Part shown: in pieces, positions 36,751 through 43,955 of the stretch
Layout of the letters: each line of letters opens with the position of its first letter
Position numbering within the stretch: the stretch's first letter is position 1
Source: Pseudomonadota bacterium
Lineage (GTDB): Bacteria > Desulfobacterota > Anaeroferrophillalia > Anaeroferrophillales > Tharpellaceae
Direction of reading: 5' to 3'
Assembly (NCBI GenBank): GCA_015486505.1
Contig: WFRP01000313.1
Coordinates: 1 to 43,955, forward strand
Length of the DNA stretch: 43,955 nt
Notes under the pieces: model-generated
Database searches by the model: none
What the model was told of the DNA's origin: nothing
What the model saw: the letters and a program-made list of their open reading frames with translations, nothing else
Position numbers and translations under genes: made by a program

Positions 36751-37505
36751 GCCAAAGTTTTATCCCGCTTAAGATCATCGGCAATCGCGGTCAAATCTTC
36801 GTGCGAGCCGAGATCACGCCAGTAAAACCGGTTTTCAGTATCTACGATATGCGCTTTAAGATCGCGCCGCCCGGCGACGAGCAGACGTTTATAAAAGCTA
36901 ATCAGAGGAAAAGCCGCGCGCTTCTCCCGGGCCATCAGTTTAAGCAGCAGCGGCGAACAGATCTGAATGCCGGTGTAAGCCAGCAACTGATTGGCGGAAT
37001 CTTTAAGTTCACCGCCAAACCCCCGGATACAACCCTGATGATCAACTTCAACCTGACTGTAACGCGGCTTTTTATGGAGCAGCATAGTCACCAGAGACCG
37101 ACGGCGCAAATGTTGAGAGACGGCCCGAACCAGAGAGATATCGCTGACAATATCCGCATTTACGGTAACAAAGAAAGGACCGTTCAGAAAGCGGGCGGCA
37201 TTACGGATACCGCCCCCGGTATCAAGAATATCAGGCTCGAAAATATATTCAAGCCGCCGGAAACCTGAATTATTTTCCCGCAGAAAATTTTTGATTTGTG
37301 GAGAAAGATGATGGCCGTTAACAACCAAAGTTCCGGGTTTAAGTTTACGCAGACGGTTAAGCGCCAACTTGAGCATCGCTACCCCGTCCACCTCAATCAG
37401 AGGTTTGGGGGTAAATTCAGTCAGCGGCTTTAAGCGTGTCCCAAAACCGGCGGCAAGAATCATCACCCGCCATTCAGGATAAAAGAGCGGCCTTTTTTCA
37501 GACAT
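36726..37505 (-). CDS. Sugar-phosphate nucleotidyltransferase (NTP_transferase family, MurU/GlmU-N-like)
   Basis: MILAAGFGTRLKPLTEFTPKPL signature. The ATG at 37505 has AGGGA upstream. Alternative starts are the GTG at 37529 and the ATG at 37463. Confidence 0.8.
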   Translation of the reverse strand: MSEKRPLFYPEWRVMILAAGFGTRLKPLTEFTPKPLIEVDGVAMLKLALNRLRKLKPGTLVVNGHHLSPQIKNFLRENNSGFRRLEYIFEPDILDTGGGIRNAARFLNGPFFVTVNADIVSDISLVRAVSQHLRRRSLVTMLLHKKPRYSQVEVDHQGCIRGFGGELKDSANQLLAYTGIQICSPLLLKLMAREKRAAFPLISFYKRLLVAGRRDLKAHIVDTENRFYWRDLGSHEDLTAIADDLKRDKTLACRLGFTG

Positions 37506-37665
37506 ATTTCCCTTGCCAAACACTGACACTATACACTATATTCCAACCTGCTTTTATCTGCTTAAGTATTGTATGGCGAATGACAATAATGGAAACCCTT
37601 TTTCGTGTCAACCGGACAACTGCCGGCAACTGCCATAAACGTTTAATTTGAAAGGTAAAAATATA

Positions 37666-38778
37666 ATGCATCCGACAAACAAGAAAATGAGCGCCCAGAA
37701 CGGCGCCGGCCAGAGCGCCCCGGAATTGAGAATGATCGCCTGGGAAACTACCCGCAGCTGCAATCTCTCCTGCGTTCACTGCCGGGCGGCCGCCGAAAAA
37801 GGGCCCTACCCGGGCGAACTCGACACCGAAAAAGCCTTCGCATTTATGGATACTGTCGCATCTTTCAGTAAACCGGTAATCATTCTGACCGGCGGAGAAC
37901 CGATGCTCAGAGATGATATCTATGATCTTGCCGCCTACGGCACCAGACTCGGCCTGCGTATGGTTATGGCCACCAACGGGACCCTGGTTAATGAAGAGAG
38001 CATCAAACGTATGCTCGATTGCGGCATCCAGAGAATCAGCGTCAGCCTGGATGGCGCCAACGCCAAAACGCATGATAATTTCCGCAAAGTCGACGGCTCT
38101 TTTGCCAATTCCTTAAAAGCTCTGGATTTTGCCCGGGACAGCGGCCTTGAGTTCCAGATCAATACCACGATCACCAAAATCAACCTTGGCGAGATCCCGG
38201 CGATTCTTGACCTTGCAGTTGAACTCGGCGCCGTCGCCCACCACATCTTCCTGCTGGTACCCACCGGCCGCGGCAAGGAACTTGAAGAACAGGAAATCCC
38301 GGCGACCGAATATGAACGCACCTTGAACTGGTTTTACGACCAGCGTGATAAAGTCCCGCTGCAGCTCAAAGCCACCTGCGCGCCGCACTACTTAAGAATT
38401 CTGCGCCAACGCAGTAAAGCCGAGGGGAAATCGGTAACGTTCAAAACCCACGGCCTTGATGCCGTCACCCGCGGCTGTCTCGGCGGCATCGGTTTCTGTT
38501 TTGTCTCCCATACCGGCGATGTCCAGCCCTGCGGCTATCTTGAAGCTAAAGCCGGCAACATTCTCGAAACCAACTTTCAAAAAATCTGGGAAGAATCTCA
38601 GGTTTTCACCAGATTGCGTGATTACGACTCGCTTGAAGGCAAATGCGGCATCTGCGGCTATAAACGGGTCTGTGGCGGCTGCCGGGCCCGGGCTTATGAA
38701 GCGACCGGCAATTTTATGGCGGAAGAGCCCTACTGCGTCTATGAACCCAAAGCCAAATCCGCCGCTGAGAAATTATAA
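37666..38778 (+). CDS. Radical SAM/SPASM protein of the NirJ/AhbC/AhbD (alternative haem / haem d1 biosynthesis) type
   Basis: CNLSCVHC (CxxxCxxC) cluster motif and INTTITKINLGEIPAILDLAVELGAVAHHIFLLVPTGRG. The C-terminal Cys-rich SPASM region is CGICGYKRVCGGCRARAY. Confidence 0.8.
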   Translation: MHPTNKKMSAQNGAGQSAPELRMIAWETTRSCNLSCVHCRAAAEKGPYPGELDTEKAFAFMDTVASFSKPVIILTGGEPMLRDDIYDLAAYGTRLGLRMVMATNGTLVNEESIKRMLDCGIQRISVSLDGANAKTHDNFRKVDGSFANSLKALDFARDSGLEFQINTTITKINLGEIPAILDLAVELGAVAHHIFLLVPTGRGKELEEQEIPATEYERTLNWFYDQRDKVPLQLKATCAPHYLRILRQRSKAEGKSVTFKTHGLDAVTRGCLGGIGFCFVSHTGDVQPCGYLEAKAGNILETNFQKIWEESQVFTRLRDYDSLEGKCGICGYKRVCGGCRARAYEATGNFMAEEPYCVYEPKAKSAAEKL

Positions 38779-38806
38779 GCCGCAATCAAAAGTTTCAACC
38801 AATCAG

Positions 38807-38834
38807 CATATCCCCATAAGTCAAGCCTGACCCC
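38807..38834 (-). repeat. S motif copy 3
   Basis: The reverse complement reads GGGGTCAGGCTTGACTTATGGGGATATG. It lies 28 nt upstream of the DUF456 gene. Confidence 0.7.
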
Positions 38835-38861
38835 GTTTGGTTCATTGGTCATTGGTGGTGA

Positions 38862-39368
38862 ATGGAAATTGCAATTTTGACAACTCTCTGTCTGTTCGGC
38901 ATAATCGGCACGCTGGTGCCGGTTATGCCGGGTTGCGGCCTGATTTTTATCGGGGCTTTCGCTTACGCCCTGCTGACAAATTTTCAGATTATTTCCGGCC
39001 CGGAAGTCCTGGTCCTGCTCGGTTTGATGCTGGCCGGCTCAATCGGCCAGTTTTTCATCACCAGCCTCGGGGCCCGGGTTATGGGGGCGGGGAAATATGG
39101 GGTTGTCGGGGCTTTCTGCGGATTTTTTTTCGGCCTGATCTTTATTCCGGCTCCGGGCGGCTCTCTGATCGGTGCCTTTGCCGGGGCCTTCATCTGTGAG
39201 CTGACCTTTGCCGTTAAAAGTCAGCGGGAAAGCGTCAAGGCCGGAATCGGCGCGGTTATCGGCGCAATCTTCAGCCTCTTTTTTGAGTTTTTCATCGGCA
39301 TAATTATGATCGCCTACACCCTGTCAATCATCTGGCACAACCCAATCCCGCCGACTATCATTCTCTAA
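38862..39368 (+). CDS. Small integral membrane protein (DUF456-like)
   Basis: 168 aa with four Gly/Ala-rich TM segments. GGTGGTG lies upstream of the ATG. The stop codon TAA (39366-39368) is the TAAT junction of repeat locus H. Confidence 0.75.
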   Translation: MEIAILTTLCLFGIIGTLVPVMPGCGLIFIGAFAYALLTNFQIISGPEVLVLLGLMLAGSIGQFFITSLGARVMGAGKYGVVGAFCGFFFGLIFIPAPGGSLIGAFAGAFICELTFAVKSQRESVKAGIGAVIGAIFSLFFEFFIGIIMIAYTLSIIWHNPIPPTIIL

Positions 39369-39504
39369 TGCGGGAACAGCTCCCGCAACCCAAAAGAAAG
39401 TTTTCGGCCCGCACCCAAGGGCACTTCCGATGGTCGCAAATAAGTACTCTTATCAGAACATTTTCTTGTTTTTTCAAACCGAAAATAACCTGTAAGGTAC
39501 TAAT
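39366..39504 (-). repeat. H-M repeat locus H, a single unit (long M, loop L4)
   Basis: TAAT-GCGGGAACAGCTCCCGC-AACCCAAAAGAAAGTTTTCGGCC-CGCACCCAAGGGCACTTCCGATGGT-CGCAAATAA-H(L4)-TAAT. It shares the AAAAGAAAGTTTTC variant with unit 2 of array B. Confidence 0.9.
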
Positions 39505-39534
39505 AGCAAACAATCGAATGCAAGCAGTTATAAC

Positions 39535-39620
39535 CTCCCGCAAAGACGCAAAGGCGCCAAGAAAACCGAAAACGATCAACGTTACCTGAAACCCTTTGCG
39601 TCTTTGCGTCTTTGCGGGAG
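39535..39620. repeat. REP-V palindrome (arms TCCCGCAAAGACGCAAAG… / …CTTTGCGTCTTTGCGGGAG, about 40-nt loop)
   Basis: The same approximately 26-nt arm occurs as an inverted pair in the opposite arrangement at 21045-21110, inside MITE-V. Confidence 0.75.
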
Positions 39621-39659
39621 ACATTAAGATGAATAGTTAGAAATCTTACAACTTAAGGC

Positions 39660-42600
39660 TTATAGCTTATAACCACACTCTTTACTTAACCGGTCGCCGA
39701 GAACCGCGACCAGAGAGTCAACTTTATAGGGTTTGGAAACCATAGCGTTAAAACCATAGGCCTCAAAATTAGCCATTACCGGGTCTTGCGAGTAGCCGCT
39801 GGAAACAATCGCGAAGACTTCGGCATCGAGGTTGCGTAAATGTTTGATCGCCTCGCGACCGCCCATCCCCCCCGGAATCGAGATATCCATTAAAACGGCA
39901 TGAAATTTCTGGCCCGCCTGCTGGGCCGCCTTATAGGCTTCAAGCATTGCCACGCCGTCCTCAACGGCGACAACTTCATATCCCAACATCTCCAGCATTT
40001 CACTGACCACATCGCGAATCACCTCTTCATCATCCATCAGCAGGATACGACTGGATTCGGATTGAACAGCATTCTCCAAGCTTTTCCGGGGCATTTCAAG
40101 ATTGTGGACGGGCTCTTTTTCGCATTTGCCGGTTGCCGGCAGGAAGAAGCTGAATGTCGCCCCGATTCCAGGCTGGCTGTCAACCTCGATGCGCCCTTCA
40201 TGATTTGCGATAATCGAATAACTGGTCGCCAGCCCGAGGCCGCTGCCGGTCTCTTTACTGGTAAAATAGGGTTCAAAAATTCGCGGCAGGATTGCCGGGT
40301 CAATGCCGCCGCCATCATCCTGAACCGAAACTTTAACATAATAGCCGGGTTTAAGATTCGGATACTCATCGACGGCCGCCAGAATATTTTTGATCGTCAC
40401 CCGAATAATTCCGGCATCCAGCATTGCCTGCCGGGCATTGGTAATCAGATTATTTACCACCTGGCTAATCTGGCCGGAATCGATCTCAACCCCCCAGATA
40501 TCCTCTTCAATTTCGTATTCAACTTTAATCTGCGAACCGTGCAGAACAAATTCGGCCGACTCTTTAACCAGAGCCGGAAGTTTAGCCCGATCCTTAATCG
40601 GCGCCCCGCCTTTGGCAAAGGTTAAAAGCTGCTGTGCCAAAGCCACGGCCCGCTCAATCGCCCGATCGGCCCGGGCCAGATATGCCTCGGTTTTTTCCCG
40701 GTTTTCACCGCAGGAAATCTTAATCAGATCCAGGCTTCCCTGCATCCCCATCAGAAGATTATTAAAGTCATGCGCGATCCCTCCGGCGAGAAGTCCGACC
40801 GCCGTCAGTTTTTCGCTCCGGATACGTTCCTGCTGCATTTTTCTCTCAGTGCGCACATCCCGAAAAACCAGCACTACCCCCAGACATTGCCCCGCCTGCG
40901 TCAGAATCGGCGCGGCCGAATCGGCGATGATAATTTCCTCTCCGCTATGTGAAATCAGCAAGACATGGCTCATCAATTCAATAATCCGGTTTTCCTGTAA
41001 AGCCTGAGCCACCGGACAACGCATCGTTTTCCGGCTGTTCTCATTGATAATCCGGAAAACGTCACTGATGTTCTTGCCTAAAGCATCAGCGCTCTTCCAG
41101 CCGGTCAGGTTCTCGGCGACCGGATTAATCAGGGTTATCAAACCGTCGGTATCGGTAGTGATGACGCCGTCACCGATACTGCGCAAGGTTACCGCCAGAC
41201 GCTCCTGCTCCATCTGCAGAAACTCTTCCGCCAGTTTACGCGCCGTAATATCCCGGTTACTGCCGCGCGCGCCCATAGCTTCCCCGTCGGGACCGGTTAC
41301 CGGACGGCAGATGTGGTTTAACCAGCGAATGGAACCATCCTTGTGGTGAATCCGAAACTCAATCGGCCGAAATGTGCCGTCCTGCTCAACTTCATGCCGG
41401 TGATCGACAAATATTTCACGATCCTCCGCGACCACGATATCATTCATCAGAAGATAATTATCGTAAAAATCCTGCTGCGAATAGCCGGTAACCTTTTCGC
41501 AGGACGGGGAGAGGTAGATAAATTCCCCTTTTTCATTACGCCAGCACTCCATATCATAAGCATAGTCCGCCACCATACGATAGCGCTGTTCGCTCTCGCG
41601 CAATCTTTCCTCGGCCGCTTCGCGCAACTTTCGATCTTCTCTCAACGATGCCACCATCAGGTCAAAACAGTGGGCAAAGGCCCCGATTTCATCATCGGGG
41701 AAATCTCCGGTAACCGGCTCCAGAGAGCCCTGCCGAATTCGTTCACTCGCCTGAAAAAGACTGGCAATCGGCCGCGTCATGGAGCGGGAAAGATACCAGC
41801 TGCCGAGCAGAATCAACCCCAGAGACAGGCTAAAGACATAGATGAAAGTTTTACGCAAGGTATGGGCGAGGACGTAGGCTTTGGCAATCGGCATCTCACT
41901 TATTACCAGCAGCGGCAGGCCCTTGACCTTGACCGCAACCCCCAGCACTGCCTGCTGGGCTACATTCCGGTACTCGGCATAAGCCGATTCCGCCCCCTTG
42001 AGAACTTTGGCTACCGGCACATAATGGTCGACCCTGACCCCCTGCAGAACATATTCAATCTCGTTATGGGCAACAATTTCCCCCTGCATATTTATCAAAG
42101 AAAGCTGATGGGCACCGGTGGCTCGGCGGGGGAAATTATTAAACAAGGTCTTTAGGTTAATTTCGGCATAAAGATAGCCCTGCTGCTTACCGGTCTTAAG
42201 GGAAAAAATCGGATAGACCAGAACCAGTTGCGGCTCCAGCCGCCACTGACTGAAAAAAACCATCTCTTTGCGGGGAAATTCAGTGGTATAGGCGGAGAGG
42301 GGCGAGAGACTGCCGGGACTCAGATAACCATAACGGGCCACTGATTCAACCACCCGGTTCTTAGTATTGACAACGACGATTTTACAGATTTCATGGTGCT
42401 GGCGATAGACCCAGGACAAAAGCCTGCCATTCTTGCGCGTAAACAGATATTGACTTGCCGTAAATTTGACGGCATCGCGAACCTCGCCGATATGCCAGGC
42501 CACCTGTCTACCGGCAACCCGGGCTTCCGCCATGCTGGAACGAGCGACATCACGATAAAGGTAACTCTGCAGCACCCCGTAAAAATAGAGCGAACTGCCC

Positions 42601-42671
42601 AGCAGAGGCAGAGCCGCAATCAGAATGAAACCCGCCAGAAATTTCCGGTAGAGAGAGCTTTTAAAACTCAC
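39660..42671 (-). CDS. Hybrid sensor histidine kinase (TM, Cache-like, HAMP, 2x PAS, HisKA, HATPase, REC)
   Basis: H-box AHDFNNLLMGMQG, GSGLGLATSYSII, and receiver ILLMDDEEVIR…MDISIPGGMGG. The GTG start overlaps the upstream stop (GTGA). Confidence 0.9.
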   Translation of the reverse strand: MSFKSSLYRKFLAGFILIAALPLLGSSLYFYGVLQSYLYRDVARSSMAEARVAGRQVAWHIGEVRDAVKFTASQYLFTRKNGRLLSWVYRQHHEICKIVVVNTKNRVVESVARYGYLSPGSLSPLSAYTTEFPRKEMVFFSQWRLEPQLVLVYPIFSLKTGKQQGYLYAEINLKTLFNNFPRRATGAHQLSLINMQGEIVAHNEIEYVLQGVRVDHYVPVAKVLKGAESAYAEYRNVAQQAVLGVAVKVKGLPLLVISEMPIAKAYVLAHTLRKTFIYVFSLSLGLILLGSWYLSRSMTRPIASLFQASERIRQGSLEPVTGDFPDDEIGAFAHCFDLMVASLREDRKLREAAEERLRESEQRYRMVADYAYDMECWRNEKGEFIYLSPSCEKVTGYSQQDFYDNYLLMNDIVVAEDREIFVDHRHEVEQDGTFRPIEFRIHHKDGSIRWLNHICRPVTGPDGEAMGARGSNRDITARKLAEEFLQMEQERLAVTLRSIGDGVITTDTDGLITLINPVAENLTGWKSADALGKNISDVFRIINENSRKTMRCPVAQALQENRIIELMSHVLLISHSGEEIIIADSAAPILTQAGQCLGVVLVFRDVRTERKMQQERIRSEKLTAVGLLAGGIAHDFNNLLMGMQGSLDLIKISCGENREKTEAYLARADRAIERAVALAQQLLTFAKGGAPIKDRAKLPALVKESAEFVLHGSQIKVEYEIEEDIWGVEIDSGQISQVVNNLITNARQAMLDAGIIRVTIKNILAAVDEYPNLKPGYYVKVSVQDDGGGIDPAILPRIFEPYFTSKETGSGLGLATSYSIIANHEGRIEVDSQPGIGATFSFFLPATGKCEKEPVHNLEMPRKSLENAVQSESSRILLMDDEEVIRDVVSEMLEMLGYEVVAVEDGVAMLEAYKAAQQAGQKFHAVLMDISIPGGMGGREAIKHLRNLDAEVFAIVSSGYSQDPVMANFEAYGFNAMVSKPYKVDSLVAVLGDRLSKECGYKL

Positions 42672-43693
42672 CGTAAAACCTCATCCGCCTGCAGCAGAAT
42701 ATCTTCACTGACCTCAAGATCAAGTTTCCGGGCCTCTTTTAATGAAACTGTCAATTTGACCTTTTCCGGATTCTGCACCGCGATATCACCCGGAGAAACT
42801 CCTTTTAAAATCTGCTCAACCTCCCGCGCCGCCTGCACCCCGACCGCGAAAAAATCGGGACTGTAGCCCATTACCCCGCCCCGCTGCAGCAGGACATTGT
42901 CTATCACCATAAACGGGATTCGCAAACGATGGGATAATTGCAGAAAGTCTTTGAATGAAGCCACTGAAAGGGCATCCGGCAGCATAAAAACCGAATCTAT
43001 CTCCTTAATCGTCAACCCCTGACAGACTTTCCGCAATTCCGGCAGACTATGCACGCGATTAACCACCAGAGTCACCCCGATATCTTCAGCCACCTGATGA
43101 ATATGATGCTGTTCAAATGAACTTTTTGAAATTTCTTCATCAGGGTTGTAAAATACCGCTATCCGTTTAATTTCGGGAAAGGCTTTTTTTAACAAGAGCA
43201 GACGCTGCGGCAGAAGCTCTTTTGAAACATGGCTGATCCCGGTAATATTCGCACCGGGATGACGCAGGTCGGCAACCACATGAGAGCCGACCGGATCGGC
43301 AACCACAGTAAAAACGACGGGGATATCAATATGCTCTCCGGCGACCCCGGCTTTGACGGCCTGAGTTACGGGAGTGGTTACGGTATAGATAAGATCATAT
43401 TTGTCCGCGGCAAATTTTCTGACTAACGGCGCCACCCTGCCGACATCACCGGCAACCGAGTGAACGTCAAAAACAATCTCTTTATCAAGCTTCCAGTCTG
43501 CGTTCTGCAGACCGGACCGCAGCCCTTCGTAAGATTCAAGAAACGGTTCGGCATAAGCAATAACGCCGATATGCCTGACTCGTATATCCTGGTCGGCAAC
43601 GGCGCAAGCCAGTCCCGGCGCCAACAGGAATAAATAAATCAGCCCTGACAATCCCGGCCAGAATCCATAACGGAGAAATGAACTCATCAGCAT
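42668..43693 (-). CDS. Periplasmic substrate-binding protein (ABC-type, PF04392/BMP-like), translationally coupled to the kinase
   Basis: Signal peptide …LLAPGLACA and an alternating alpha/beta periplasmic-binding fold pattern. AGGAG lies 4 nt upstream of the ATG. There are no permease or ATPase genes adjacent. Confidence 0.7.
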   Translation of the reverse strand: MLMSSFLRYGFWPGLSGLIYLFLLAPGLACAVADQDIRVRHIGVIAYAEPFLESYEGLRSGLQNADWKLDKEIVFDVHSVAGDVGRVAPLVRKFAADKYDLIYTVTTPVTQAVKAGVAGEHIDIPVVFTVVADPVGSHVVADLRHPGANITGISHVSKELLPQRLLLLKKAFPEIKRIAVFYNPDEEISKSSFEQHHIHQVAEDIGVTLVVNRVHSLPELRKVCQGLTIKEIDSVFMLPDALSVASFKDFLQLSHRLRIPFMVIDNVLLQRGGVMGYSPDFFAVGVQAAREVEQILKGVSPGDIAVQNPEKVKLTVSLKEARKLDLEVSEDILLQADEVLR

Positions 43694-43782
43694 AATCTCC
43701 TGTGCCCACCTTTACTCCTTGTAAAAACTCACCCGGCATTCTTAGCAGTCATCCCCTGATTTTGCAAGCATGAAAAAAATCG

Positions 43783-43894
43783 GTAACTATTCAGCCAAAA
43801 TTTCCCCCCCCCACCTTCTGGAGGGGGCGGGGGTGGTTTTTCGTAAGCGGTTGCGGAAACGATTTCGTTGTTTTTCGGAAGCGAGCGGGAGCCC
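43783..43894 (+). mobile_element. T-family element, left part (T3), continuing into an H-M array and the window end
   Basis: GTAACTATTCAGCCAAAATTTCCCCCCCCCACCTTCTGGAGGGGGCGGGGGTGG…GAAGCGAGCGGGAGCCC is nearly identical to 10208-10320. Confidence 0.8.
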
Positions 43895-43955
43895 ATTAGT
43901 ACCTTACAGGTTATTTTCGGTTTGAAAAAACAAGAAAATGTTCTGATAAGAGTAC
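43895..43955 (+). repeat. H-M repeat locus I (an H hairpin with loop L4, truncated by the window end)
   Basis: ATTAGTACCTTACAGGTTATTTTC-GGTTTGAAAAAACAA-GAAAATGTTCTGATAAGAGTAC. Confidence 0.9.

Overview
This 44-kb chromosomal window is probably from a Desulfobacterota (delta-proteobacterial) type genome. That placement is inference from gene content: a NikKMLQO-type Ni/Co ECF importer, an AhbD/NirJ-like radical SAM gene, a selenoprotein, and sigma54/NtrYX. There are about 30 genes. They encode the Ni/Co ECF transporter (K-M-L-Q-O order), four large sensor kinases, an MCP, a REC-REC-GGDEF regulator, cysE, a USP, a TRAP transporter (dctPQM), DUF4390-ntrY-ntrX, parE-parC, an NFACT/RqcH-like protein, a GlcD/GlcF-type oxidase pair, waaA, a nucleotidyltransferase, the radical SAM/SPASM protein, a DUF456 protein and a periplasmic binding protein coupled to a kinase. 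No rRNA, tRNA, CRISPR array, transposase or recognisable defence gene was seen.

The striking content is non-coding. Almost every intergenic spacer is filled by interspersed repeats. The main family is a modular hairpin-plus-module unit (H-M, about 110-150 nt), present at 9 loci with about 15 full units and 17 H hairpins, about 2.1 kb or 5% of the window. Units lie in head-to-tail arrays that touch or overlap stop and start codons and split four operons. Their helices are kept by compensatory and wobble-only substitutions. Four further small repeat families sit beside them:
- T: 14-bp TIR, with one copy showing a perfect 8-bp TSD.
- U: 99-141 bp, with 4-bp TSDs.
- V: a 210-bp TIR element nested inside an H-M unit, plus a palindromic core.
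- S: a 27-nt motif.

Also notable are a Sec (TGA)-containing ArsC/Spx-family gene that the ORF track missed, a long terminator-containing leader upstream of the Ni/Co operon, and a sigma54 promoter for dctP. All functional interpretation of the repeats is inference.
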